Below, one piece after another: positions 1-12,500 of a DNA stretch of 64,000 nt. The stretch is from NCBI RefSeq assembly GCF_964204645.1, contig NC_134025.1, positions 12,648,001-12,712,000 of the forward strand, in the 5' to 3' direction. Origin of the DNA: Tubulanus polymorphus. Taxonomy: Eukaryota > Animalia > Nemertea. Positions within the stretch are counted from its first letter, which is position 1. Every line of letters starts with the position of its first letter. The notes below the pieces were generated by a model. That model made no database searches and was not told where the DNA came from. It was given only the letters and a program-made list of their open reading frames with translations. A program made the translations under genes and the position numbers.

Positions 1-630
1 TTTATACCATCGACCTTCCTTCTTTCATTACTACTTTTCAACTTTTTCAATAATCTTTATTTCCATCATTTAATATTTATAATAGGTAATATATACCTAG
101 ACTGGTTACCGCTCTCTCCTCAGTCTAATATATACCTAGACTAATTGTTAGTCTCTATCAATACAATATAGCCTAACTTTATTGAACTCTTAATTACAAG
201 TTAAGCCGCAATAAATGATCTACGTCGCTTAGGGTATTTGTTAGCATGTATACACTAAACTCATTTTCTTTGCGCTTATAAAAGACCAGTGATTGCTCTG
301 CGCTAAGGGTATTTGTTGGCATATCTCCAAAAGACGCATTTTCATATAACTGTTGCCTTCCAATTCGACCGTTGATGATTTGAAATAATGTCAGAAAACC
401 CATTATCGCTGCTCTGCAGCTATATTTTTATTTATTTATTTCCTTATCGATTTTAACACTTGAAATCATATTATATCAGTAACAAATGCTGGTGTCATAT
501 TTTGATACCTGTCACGTTACGGGACCGACTTTTTCGTTGCCGCAGAAAAGTAGCGCTACTATGACCTATTTTCGCTACTTTTTTTTCTCCACGACTCCCA
601 AGTAGATCCGAAAACATGTTATTTTGTTAT

Positions 631-913
631 TCGTCAGAACGCCATATAAATTCGCTATTTTCCGAAATATCGTTATTATTCTCGACAGATCTTCTTTAAT
701 ATTTGTCAGAACGTCATAAAAATTCGCTATTTTACGAGAAATCGCTATTTTTGATTTATTGGTTTCACTCATCCTCTCTTTTCGTTAGAACGCCATATAA
801 ATTCGCTATTTTCCGAAATATCGCTATTTTTGATTTATTGGTTTCACTCGATCTTCAATTCGCTATTTTTACGGAAAATCGCTATTATTCTCTTTAATAA
901 TGTTTGTCAGAAC
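631..913. repeat. Degenerate ~75-bp tandem repeat (GTCAGAACGCCATATAAATTCGCTATTTTCCGAAATATCGCTATT core), about 4 copies
   Basis: Core recurs at ~631, 703, 781, partially at 857 and 904; sub-motif TCGCTATTTT repeated many times. Confidence 0.8.
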
Positions 914-1786
914 CTCCAGTTTTTTCTTACACCCGTAACTTAATTTCCGAGAGGGGGGCTTTTACTCTAGACATGTGAGAAAGGCTCTTTCGCTAGCGAA
1001 TATAAATATACATCATTGGCTGGTGGATTTTTTGTTTTCGTGTCTAGGGCATCCCCCTTTTTTGTACAGCCTTTACACTAACTGACTAAATAGCCTCATC
1101 AGCAAAGAAAAAAGTGAAACTCAATTTCAATATACCGGTACAATATATAATTTATTCAGTATTCAGTATGAATCATCCCCTTTATTTAGAAGAATCTGGG
1201 CATGCCCACTTTCCCCTCAGTTTTCTTCGCACCCCAACACATCCGAAATGGAACCATTTAATCTGACAGTTTTCATCGTCGTCACACCCTATCATCTTCC
1301 CAAATTCTTCCTGAAAATGTAACAAAATCCTTAACCCAAATTTGGAATACGATACATTACAATCGAATGTTTAAAAATACTAATAATAAGTGTGAGATTT
1401 TCTACTGAATTTTCATGGATGGAAGCTACATGAACACCAAATTTCGACAGATGAACTGGCATTCACGTGCTTTATTTTCTTTCTATTACTGCTCTGCAGC
1501 CTTCTTTTCTTCACCCCTGCACTCGTTTCTCGAATCAGATCTGTATTTGAAAAAGAAAATAAATTGTTACCAGTACGATGTAATATTGTAACGATTCGTA
1601 ATGGTTAAAATTGTAAATTAATTTTCTCTTTAAATGAACAATCATTTTAATTAATCAATTAATCAAACTTGAAATCTAGAGAAGAGTTGTACAGCAATCA
1701 AATTACTAACCAGTTATTTGGCCTTCCTCATCAACCTTCCTCTTTTTTCTTTGGGATAGCCAGATTGTCAAGTCATCCATAGCTGC

Positions 1787-2206
1787 AGGCTCCGGTTGAG
1801 TTTCGATTTCTGAAATATCCAACGTCATTGTTATTTCTTGATGATAAAATGCTGAAAAGCTTATATCAAACTTAAGTTAAATCTCACCTGGTTCTGGTTG
1901 ATGGATGACATTGTCAACAATTGGAGGCTCCGGTTGAATTTCGATTTCTGAAATATCCAACAAACGTCATTGTTATTTCTCGATGATAAAATGCTGAAAA
2001 GCTTTTATCAAACTTAAGTTAAATCTCACCTGGTTCTGGTTGATGAAATACATTGTCAACAATTGGAGGCTCCGGTTGAGTTTCGATTTCTAAAAGATCC
2101 AACAAATGTCATTGTTATTTCTTGATGATAAAATGCTGAAAAGCTTTTATCAAACTTAAGTTAAATCTCACCTGGTTCTGGTTGATGAAATACATTGTCA
2201 ACAATT
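1787..2206 (-). repeat. 142-bp tandem exon+intron repeat (left part)
   Basis: GGCTCCGGTTGA recurs at 1788, 1926 and 2068; on the minus strand each unit is ag|60-nt exon (EIETQPEPPIVDNVFHQPEP)|gtgag plus an ~82-nt intron. Confidence 0.9.
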
Positions 2207-3285
2207 CTGCCCATTTCTGACAAAAGGGTGTATGTTCCTTATGTACCGTTTTGAGAAATTTGGCGTGAAAGATTTTTCGTTAAAAACCATTGCCCCTCCA
2301 AACTAAAAAATCACAGAACATTAAGAATTATACCTCATAGTGTTTAAGTATCCCCCTACACTGTTAGAAATAATCTTGTAAATTTACTAGGAATTCTTGG
2401 CAGCAAAGTTGACTAGACTGGGTTGTAAATTTACAATAAATTGTTCAATAACAATACTTCAGTAAAATTACAAATGCAACTTGTAAATTTTTACAACCCA
2501 GAATTGTAAATCTAGAATCTCGTCCAGTCAACTTTGCTGCCAAGAATTCTATGTAAAGTTACATAAACCACATGTAAAATGACAGTTAAAGCAACAAGTA
2601 AAATTGCAAACTAACAAATTTTTTTTATTAGTTTTAATTACAATTTAAAACTTCAGATTCACAAAATCTCGAAAGACATCATGATTCAACTCATGAATCA
2701 AATTTTAAAAAAGAATGTATGGGCAAATGAATAAATGTCTGTTCATACATGTGAATCAGTTTATTAGCTTCGACAGGCAGTAGTCCTATTGTAAGTTTTT
2801 GGCATCAATTTCATTTTTGGATTTCATTTATCCATGCCAAATTCTAACTACACCACCGGAAAGTGTCAAATTAAGCAACAGCATATCAAACCATAGAAAC
2901 TTCATTGATTTGAGTGTAAGTCACTTGCCATATGCATTAAAGACTTCTATAAAAAAAATCAATGTGCCCATCAGTAAAAAGTGCATTGATATTTCAGCCA
3001 TGGCACAATTCAGAAAATGTAGAGGACAGAAGAACTTGGACAGTAGCCGATCTTATTCCACTTTCTAAAACAGTGAATCCTTAAAACCTGAGAGGCAATG
3101 AAATTAGTTTAAGTTGAAATAGACATTAGCTCAATGTTCCCTTATCCACACTGCTTCAGAAGACATAGTAAATCATGTGACTTTTTAAATACACCATCGC
3201 AATAACAATATTCTGCTAAATGCTTAACAGTATTAATTACTGCAGCATTATTATTGCATTCTAAACCATATAACCAAACAAATTC

Positions 3286-3459
3286 CAGTAAAACTCACTT
3301 AATTCGGCTGACGGGGGACTGCCGCCCAGATTTCTTCAATTAAGTAAAATCCGAATTATAAATATCAGTTTACATGGTTCTTGGTTACATGGACCAAATA
3401 GTTTATCCGAATTAAGTGAAAATCTGGATTGGAAAATCCGAATTAAGTGAGTTTTTCTA
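3286..3459. mobile_element. Tc1/mariner/pogo-like MITE
   Basis: TIR CAGTAAAACTCACTTAATTCGG / CCGAATTAAGTGAGTTTTTCTA; internal CCGAATTAAGT subrepeats. Confidence 0.65.
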
Positions 3460-4191
3460 TATCTTAAATCTTTAAAAACCTAAACTCTGCATCTTTGTGC
3501 TAAAAACAATGAAGGAAATTATAGCAACACATTGTTGCAGTGTCAGTAAAACACAAATTAAGTCTTAAGTTTTTAAAAACTACTTGAGAGCAAAAATAAA
3601 CAGAACATTTTTGCATTGGAGTAATTACACTAATAACAAAGATATATTGTAGAGCCTACTTTTTTTTAGTAAGTTATGGATTTTTTTGTGATATTTTGCT
3701 TAAGATTTTGAACACATACCTCAAATTGGTCACCAATTAGATGTATGTGTTCAAAATATTAAGCAAAATAATCCCAAAAAATCGATACCAAATAAAATTT
3801 AGACCTAAGCCAATCTCAGGAATCAATTATCCGTAATACATGTACGCATTTTTGACTGGTCTACGAAGGTTGATTAGATTCCCCAGTCCGACTCCATGTC
3901 CTTTAGGTCATTGACCAGACGAAAAATCTTTGGATCAACAAGATTGTTCTTTTTCTTCTTGGACTTTTCAAGTTTATTCCCCTTCTCCGGGTTGATGTTC
4001 AAAATACACCTATGATGAAAAAGACAACATAGAAAATTTGGACTAATGACGTTCATAACGCTCCATGCACAATCAATTTTCCAGGCCTAAATTATTTGAT
4101 ACTCACAAGTTAGCCTACTAAAATCACACTGGTCCAGGGGATAAGTGTTTGTTTGTTTCAATACAAAATCAATGAGACATGTCTACATGAA

Positions 4192-4350
4192 AACTAATAG
4201 GGGTCCAGGGACACTATGCCTACTTGGTGAAATGCTTGATATTGTGTGATGATTTCAATGTTCAAACCCCCTAATGAACAAATAGAGTAATCAATGACCC
4301 TGAAAGTCAACGCAATTATAGAGCATGACATGAGCTACAAGTTTGCAATT
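4192..4350 (-). mobile_element. 3' fragment of the HINE family seen at 31532-32672
   Basis: GGGGTCCAGGGACACTATGCCTACTTGG is the reverse complement of the HINE 3' end; one degenerate core repeat follows. Confidence 0.6.
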
Positions 4351-4719
4351 TTACAGATTAATGGAAAGTGAACGCAAAATGGGACAATCACTCACAAAGA
4401 TGGATGGTTACCATCTTTGGTACAGGCAAAGGTTGTTTATCTTGATTATACTAACACCAAACTATTATAGATGTTTACCTCTGAATGAATTCCAGAGTTG
4501 TTTAACATCTTTCACTATAACACAAATTGAATATGTAATGCACACAGAACCATATTTCCAGAGCCTTCATCCAAGTGTCCAAACTGTCGACGACGATGCA
4601 ATTTTCAACACTAACTGCGAAATGGTCAGCATCAAATATATTTTCTCCTACAAATAAATGTGTCAGAAATCAGAAAATCCTTGCATGTATGAATTTAATG
4701 GTCTCGTGACAATTAGTCT

Positions 4720-4863
4720 TGTAGCATCGTCCAGCCAAGATGTTTCCGATATAATAAGATTAAGATTGATATAATGATAACGGTAGTAGTTTATTCATGG
4801 TTTTCGTTACAGCGCTTTTTAGCCTGCGCCAGGTGGCAGCATCATACAATGTACTATCCTACA
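4720..4863 (-). repeat. 3' LTR
   Basis: Differs from 9093-9236 at 2 positions. Confidence 0.95.
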
Positions 4864-4953
4864 TATCTCCCTTTTTAGAAATATAATGTCACATATCTAA
4901 ACTAAAGAACTAATACAAAATTACATGAACATAAATCTGTGAATACAAATATT

Positions 4954-7900
4954 TTATGTTGTTACAAAATCATTAAATTTAGCAGGAAGTTTGGAAGTTC
5001 TACCAGACCTAGTTACAATTGTTGCTTTCTCAGAAACAGATTTTTCATTAATACAATTTCTCGAACCAATATCAGTACTTACATCAGTAGCACCTGTACC
5101 AGAATTTATATTTCTATTATCAATCGTTTCAGGTAATTGAGTTGGCAAAATAGGTAAATTAATACTATCGTAGTTAACAGAGACTGGAATTTTTCTTAAG
5201 AACTTTGCATTTCGAATGTATCGTTTCCCTGTATTTACATTGACAATCTCAAATGTATTATCCGCTAAAGATTTTACAATAACATGTTTTACCGAACTAT
5301 AGTTACAATCTAATTTCTCCCCTTTGAGCAAATTTGCTACATATACAATATCACCAATTACCAAACTGTGATCTTTTGCACAACGTTTCTGATCAATATA
5401 TGATTTCATGGATGCATTATAATGCTTATGATCCAATTCAGCAGATATCCTTCTCCCTTCAGAATTATTGGATCGCTCTAACATAGGTAGTTTAGTCCGA
5501 ATTTCTTTAGACAATAACAATTTAGATGGAGATAATCTCGTAGCCTTATGAGGTGTACTACGATACATCATAAGAATTCTGGACAATTCAAGATGCCAGT
5601 CCTTACTGGATCTTACAGCACATTTCAGCGCTTTCTTCAAATACCTATGAAATCTTTCGATCTTACCGTTACTACGAGGGTAATAAGGACTACTTGTTTT
5701 ATGTTTAGTACCACATGAAACAAAAAATTTCTCTTTTTTATCACTTATAAATTGTTTTCCATTGTCTGTGACAATTTCTTCGGGAAAACCAAATCGAGCG
5801 AATATCTCGGAGATCTTAACAATAATTGTCTGAGATATAATATCCGGTAGAATAATGGCTTCGGGCCAAGATGTACGATAATCAATTAGCGTTAGCAAAT
5901 ATTCGCTTTTAATAGGTCCAAATATATCCATCGCTAATTTTTGCCAGGGTTTGTCGGGTAATTCTGATGGTTGAAGAGGTGTATCATGAATTAAAGGTTG
6001 ATTCACAATGCATTCATGACAATTTTCTACAGCGTTTTCAATCTCTTTATCAAGACCGAACCAAAAATACCTTGTTCTGAGAAACCCTTTAGTTTTTACA
6101 ATACCTTGGTGTGTCTCATGAGCCAGTTTAATCACTCTATTCCTCAAACTAGATGGAATAATAATACGTTGACCTCTAAGCACTAAAGAATCAATTACAG
6201 ATAACTCATCTTTATGCCTATAGTACTGTTTAACATCGAAATCAACATCATTAGGCCAACCATTACATACAAAATTATGAATTTTCATAAGAGTAACATC
6301 TTTCGCCGATTCTCTTTTTAACTCTTCTAAAGTTATAGCATTTTCCGATGGATCAGAATCCATAATAATATTTACAATATTGAGTATATACTCATCAACA
6401 AATGCATCATGTTTAGAATTCAAGTTAGTTTTAAGTGGCATCCTAGATAAGAAATCAGCAATATTCTGTTTTCCAGGAATGTAGTTTATGTTATACTCAT
6501 ATGCGCTTAAACGCCATAATAATCTCTGACAACGTGGTGGTACAATAGTAGAAACAGATGGATTAAATATGTGTATGAGTGGACGATGGTCCGTTAACAG
6601 ATTGAATTTGGTACCCCATAAGTAATTTCTAAAATATTCTACACCATAAACACATCCTAGGGCCTCTTTTTCTAACTGAGAATATCGCCGTTCAGTATCG
6701 GTCAAAGATCTGCTTGCATAAGCTACTGGTTTTAACGATTCATCAGATTGTGTTTGTAATAATATAGCTCCTAACCCAAAGGGTGAAGCATCCGTAATCA
6801 AAGTACAAGTTACACCAGTTTTATAGTAAGCTAAACAAGGAGATTTACCGATAATTTCTTTCAATTTCATAAAAGATATATCCTGCTCTTTACCCCAATT
6901 CCACTTAGTATCCTTACGAAGTAATTTTCTGAGAGGTTCACAAATACTTGCATAATCATGTATAAATTTCTGTACATAACCGAAAGTACCTAATACTGAT
7001 CTAAGCTCATTAATATTCTTAGGAGCAGGAGCATGTATTAAAGCATTAACCTTTGAACTAGCAGGTTTTACACCTGTTGTTGTAAATCGATGTCCTACCA
7101 CTTCAATATCTCGAAGACCGAGCTGAATCTTGCTCCTGTTCAGAACAAGATTGTTCTCACGACAACGTTTAAATATTTCTTCGAGTATTCTTAATAATTG
7201 TTCGTCAGTTTTAGCATACGCAATAATATCATCATATTCGCAAACGACGCTGTCTATGTCACCTAAAAGTTGATCGATGACTTTTTGAAACGCATCGCTC
7301 GATAATGACATTCCGAACGGAACACGCTTATAACGGTATGTACCGCGCTTAGTCAGGATTGTTGTCAGGTTTCTCGACTCTGGATGAAGTTCAATCTGCC
7401 AAAAGGCTTTCTTGACATCGAGTTTCGCGAAAACACGTGCACCTTCCATCTTCGTTAATATGTCTTCTACGCGAGGTGCTGGATACGGTTCACGAATTAT
7501 GCATTTATTCGGTTCACGCATATCGACACAAATACGAACTTCGTTGTTTTTCTTCGGTACAGCTATCAAATTCTATACCCAGTTGGATCCTTCCGTAGAC
7601 TTTTCGATTACGTCAAGGTCGAGCATTTTATCCATTTCGGAATCAATGAGATTTTCCATCGCATACGGTTTGCGCCACAAACGTTGAGAAACAGGTTTTA
7701 CGCAGGGATCTACTGTAACTTTGTGCACATATCCTTTAATCAGGCCAGTACCATCGAATACGTCACTATATTTATCTAATAATTCAGCGTACGGATCTGA
7801 ATCATTTTCAGTCTTGACATTAAATGTGTTCTCCGTCAAGATATCTAGCGCAAACGTTGCTTTGCGTCCAAGCAATGGCTCGACATCACCGTTTATGACG

Positions 7901-8385
7901 TATATCTTATATTTTCGAATCGTTTTCTCTTTGGTACTGATGTCAGCGTTAAAGTAACCCATACATTTCAACGTGTTTCCACCATATGCTTTAAACAATT
8001 TAGTCGTCGGTTTTAACGGGAATCTTGTTCGGAGTAGACCGCTGTACGTTACTGAACCAATAATTGATTGTTCTGAACCAGTGTCTATTATCATCTTTAA
8101 ACGCTGTCCGTTTATCTTCAACGATCGAATACACTTATTCTTATCGCATTCGTTCTTAATAGTCCAAACAAAATCAGAATTTGAACTGTCCGAATCCCCG
8201 TCAGAAACATTTCGAACTTTACCGGGAGGTTTCGAGCTTTTCTTTTTGGACATTGACGTCGTTCTCCCACCTTTACGAGTGTCTGATTTCAGGTGCGTGG
8301 TCTGTGCCACCACATCGGTAACACTCAGAATGAATTGCGTCTCGGCTGGAGCTAGTATGATTATTCTTAGTATGTTCTTGAACAC
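4954..8385 (-). pseudogene. pol: Gypsy pol (protease, RT, RNase H, integrase); in-frame stop at 7573
   Basis: IDTGS protease; VRICVDMR, RVPFG, EYDDII RT; TDASPFGLGA..YSQLEKEAL..TDHRPL RNase H; H-H-C-C, DIFGP, TDNGKQF, SNGKIERF integrase. Confidence 0.95.
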
Positions 8386-8947
8386 GCAAAGTTTTCGCAG
8401 TAGTACTGACGGTAGTACTCATATTTTGAGCCTCTGCTGTTGCGGTTTCAAAAGTGCGTGCACTTTTCAATAATTTGTCTAGTGTCAAATCTTCCTGACC
8501 TAGGAATTTTACTCGGAGTTCATTACTACGGCACTTTTCAACGATCTGGTCTCTGATCATCTCAGACTCTTTGTTGCCATAGTCACAAGATCGGACAAGG
8601 TCTCTGAGTGCGGTAGCATACTGGTCGATAGTTTCACTTTCATTCTGTGCTCGTTGGCGAAATTTATAACGTTCAGCTATAGTGTTCTTCTTTGGTTCGA
8701 AGTAGGCCTTCAATGCAGCCTTCGCTTCTGCAAATGAAGTCTTTGATCCAGGGAGTGCAGCAAACACCCTCTGAACAGATGCTCACAGACAATGGAGCAA
8801 AGTAGCTCTGCGTATCTTGTCCTCCTTCTGGTCCACGCCAGAGGCTACCTCGAAAAATTCGAATGAGGCCAGCCATGAACCCCATTCGGCTGCCAGGTCT
8901 GTGGCGTTTAAGTTCAACGGGGCCGGAGCCCGAAGATTTTCGGCCAT
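8273..8947 (-). pseudogene. gag: Gypsy gag with zinc-knuckle-like motif; one in-frame stop
   Basis: MAENLRAPAPLNL...W..FEFF..A..., YFEPKKNTIAERYKFRQRAQ...MIRDQIV, CYRCGGTDH; TGA near 8785. Confidence 0.85.
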
Positions 8948-9092
8948 TTTAATTTTCACGGGCGGGTTGAATGTTCAACAATCGTACCTGTTTCGACGAT
9001 CAAATTCGACCTCCAACGAACGAAGAATACAAAAATACACGTACACCGCTCTATATCAACATTAGTGTTCCAAATTTATCCTCGTCGCCATA

Positions 9093-9236
9093 TGTAGCAT
9101 CGTCCAGCCAAGATGTTTCCGATATAATAAGATTAAGATTGATATAAAGATAACGGTAGTAGTTTATTCATGGTTTTCGTTACAACGCTTTTTAGCCTGC
9201 GCCAGGTGGCAGCATCATACAATGTACTATCCTACA
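9093..9236 (-). repeat. 5' LTR
   Basis: Followed on the minus strand by a PBS complementary to the 3' end of tRNA-Ser(GCT). Confidence 0.95.
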
Positions 9237-9529
9237 AGTCTAGTTAAATATTGCACAATTCTTACCTATGACAATGATGACAGCAGCTGGTCCTAGGTCT
9301 TTGATGGAGCTCCTTTCCTATAAAGAGATTAATTCAGTAGATCACATAAATAAATCCCATAGGTATAAATTCAGCTTTAAATCATAGATGAGATGTACTT
9401 ACTGAAAACACACGAAACACCGCATCCTGATCTTCATTGAAATGATTCACCAAAAGAGGAATGAATCCAATAGACAACGGTTCTTTGTTCAACTTCTCAT
9501 TTGACTTCTTCGATAGAAACAATCCAGTC

Positions 9530-12500
9530 CTTACACTTTTGATTCTTACTAGATCTCATGAGAAACTTATAAAGTCTGTCAGCTTTATTGTTCCCCATAA
9601 TCGCCTCGTCAAACAAATCCTGTGCAGAGATGTCCATCAGTTTGTCGAAGTGCATCAGTAGATATTTATAAACGGTGAGATATGGCCATTCGGTAGTGAT
9701 CGCATAGACTGGTCTACGACTGTTTATAAGTTCTCGTTGAGTAGCGTAAGTAACTAGCTTTGCTTTATCTATTGTCTCATTGACAATTCCCTTCTTGAAT
9801 TCAGCTTGCAAGAATTCTTTTTTCATTTCCTGTGATTGAACGGATTCTCCATCTGGTAGGGTGACTGACCAGTTTCTACACCCGTAACTATCTTTAGAAT
9901 GATGTGTTTCAATGTCATCACCGGGTTTCTTTCTTTGTACGGGGTAGGGGTATCCAGAACTAGTACACAGACGACGTTGGTTAATGAGGCGCCACTGTAA
10001 GCTACTAACGAAGCTCTGAATACCATTACCAATAAGACTTCCATTAAAGGAAGTCTCTTTCAAACATGGAAATTCGACTACAATCTTACGCACCACCCTT
10101 TCGAGGCTCTCCTTCTTGGTAGAAATTCCCTGATAAGTTATCTCTGATGCAATCAATCTTACAAATGATTTCATCAAAATGGCATTCGGTTTTCTATTGG
10201 AACGCAGCAAATCTAATGTAACTCTGTCAATTTTACTGGGCGGAATTTGAAATTCGTCGGATTCCAATTCGGACTCTTCACTTGTTGTCGATTGACTTGA
10301 TGAACCAAGTGATACGGAATTCTGATTTTGGTCATTTTGCTTCATTTTAGAAATCGCATTGATAAGGGCTAATCTTTGGCCAATTGACAAGCTAAGTTCT
10401 TTCACTGTATTTCCATCCAAACACTTCAGACTTTGTCGTATATTCAACTCTTCTTGTATCAGTATACTTTTCGTCTTATCACTGAGACCATTGGCCACAC
10501 ACCACTCTTCGAATTGGAAGTCATCCATCATGCTGAAAATAAGAAACAAACTATGATTTAGGAAATTTAAAACAAAATTTATGGAGTAAACCTCAACTTC
10601 CTCCACACACTTGGGACAGGGAAATTGCTATCGATATTTTAATTTTTTAGTTATCAACAGGACTCAAATAGAGGTAAACACAATTAATCTTCTCAAAGTT
10701 TAATTCAAAAGCATTACATTAATACAGATTAGCCATTCAAAAGTTTTGAATACTAATGGTTTACCTTCAACAAAACTAGTTATCCCGAATGGCATGTTTC
10801 AAAGCAATGTACTTCTTTCCACCCAATGAATATGAAACCAAAGGCTGATAATCTACTATGTTTTCAATATCTAGACACACAAATCTGTTAGGAACACTAC
10901 AAAGTTCATAGAGTCCCAATGAAGGATCATATACACCCATAACCAATTCAACTATGAGAAGCCTTCTATTTGCATGTACCAAACACTGCACAATTCTGCC
11001 TAACTCTGCTTCACCAACACTATACCTCATTACAACTAGCATTGTTTTTTTATACAAGGTACAGTTCACACAAACAGAATCTGATACTGAAGTAAAGTTC
11101 GGAATATTTCCCCCACTTTGTAGTTCATAGTCTATAAGACAACTCCTTATATCAGCACTGTATAAATCTCTGTCAAACGGTATAGACTTTTCAGTGTAAC
11201 TTTCCATTGGAAATAATGAACCCTTCATTAAATAAGCTTGCAAGAGTTCATGTCTTTCACTCAAGGTTTTTGTAATGTTTATAAAATTCTGGATTTGCCT
11301 GACTGCAGACTTGAAGTATTTATGTTTCTGCTCGAAGCGCATAGCCCAAACACGCATTGGTGGCCCAAAGCAACGTATAAGATAGGGATAATGGTATAGA
11401 AAATGGTGTTTGGGTCTAAGTTCATAATCATCAAAAAATGAATGGAGTTTTGCTAAATATTCATTGATCATAGTTTGGAGGTAAATCAATTGACCTTCAT
11501 CAATGACAGGAGCGCAAACAAATTCTACAATTCTTCTTAAAAGAATGATCAATTCCCATACAGAATCATCTTTATCTACTTTTGCCCCTACTAAAAATGG
11601 AAGATTCCTCAGCAGGCACCATGTCTGCGCAGCATGTCCACCAACCCTTGCTTTCTTACCATCAATAATTGATGGTCGATCATTTGCATCATAATGTCGA
11701 AATGGAAATTTGTTAATTTTGCAATTTATATACTCATATGTGAACCATTTCTTAGTTTTGACCATATATGATAACAACTTAGCCAAATCATATGTAACGA
11801 CTCCTTCAAACAAGTCATGTCCAAGACAAGGAGGCAATCGAGGATCACATACATGAAAATTTGGAAGATTGTTGAATACACTTTTCATCTTCACCCCTTG
11901 GTGGTGAACCAAATTAGGTGAATTTTCAAGTACTTGAAGTGAAGCATCGTAGGAAGTAGGGGTACGTAATATTGCTTCATGATTACCACTCCGGAAATCT
12001 TCCTTAGTGACCAAACAATATCTACAACAATAATCCCCAGAAAAGTTCTCTATGAACCCCCGATGCCGTGGCTTCTTACACTTTTGATTCTTACTAGATC
12101 TCATGAGAAACTTATAAAGTCTGTCAGCTTTATTGTTCCCCATAATCGCCTCGTCAAACAAATCCTGTGCAGAGATGTCCATCAGTTTGTCGAAGTGCAT
12201 CAGTAGATATTTATAAACGGTGAGATATGGCCATTCGGTAGTGATCGCACAGACTGGTCTACGACTGTTTATAAGTTCTCGTTGAGTAGCGTAAGTAACT
12301 AGCTTTGCTTTATCTATTGTCTCATTGACAATTCCCTTCTTGAATTCAGCTTGCAAGAATTCTTTTTTCATTTCCTGTGATTGAACGGATTCTCCATCTG
12401 GTAGGGTGACTGACCAGTTTCTACACCCGTAACTATCTTTAGAATGATGTGTTTCAATGTCATCACCGGGTTTCTTTCTTTGTACGGGGTAGGGGTATCC

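Larger units (their letters stand above)
4720..9236 (-). mobile_element. Full-length Ty3/Gypsy LTR retrotransposon (Mag-like)
   Basis: 144-bp LTRs (TG...CA), 5-bp TSD AGTCT (4715-4719 / 9237-9241), PBS TGGCGACGAGGAT next to the 5' LTR, PPT AAAAAGGGGAGATA, gag-PR-RT-RH-IN order. Confidence 0.97.
3874..10531 (-). pseudogene. EnSpm ORF2, SAM-domain protein (SAMD3-like), spliced; Gypsy inserted in an intron
   Basis: N-terminal SAM-like segment (FEEWCVANGLS...LKCLDGNTVKELSLSIGQRLALINAI); further exons at ~9264-9318, ~4478-4647 (WFCVHYIFNLCY..TLEFIQR) and 3874-4010 (CILNINPEKGNK..VDPKI); frameshift near 9500. Confidence 0.7.

Noticed and set aside
7412-9065. Plus-strand ORFs over the Gypsy element
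   Set aside because: Antisense shadows of gag/pol with no independent motifs.
10532-10606. N-terminal MEEVEVYSINF... extension of ORF2 (also at 13077-13151)
   Set aside because: It starts at a non-ATG codon and reads through a pyrimidine tract ending TTTTCAG, so it is most likely intron.
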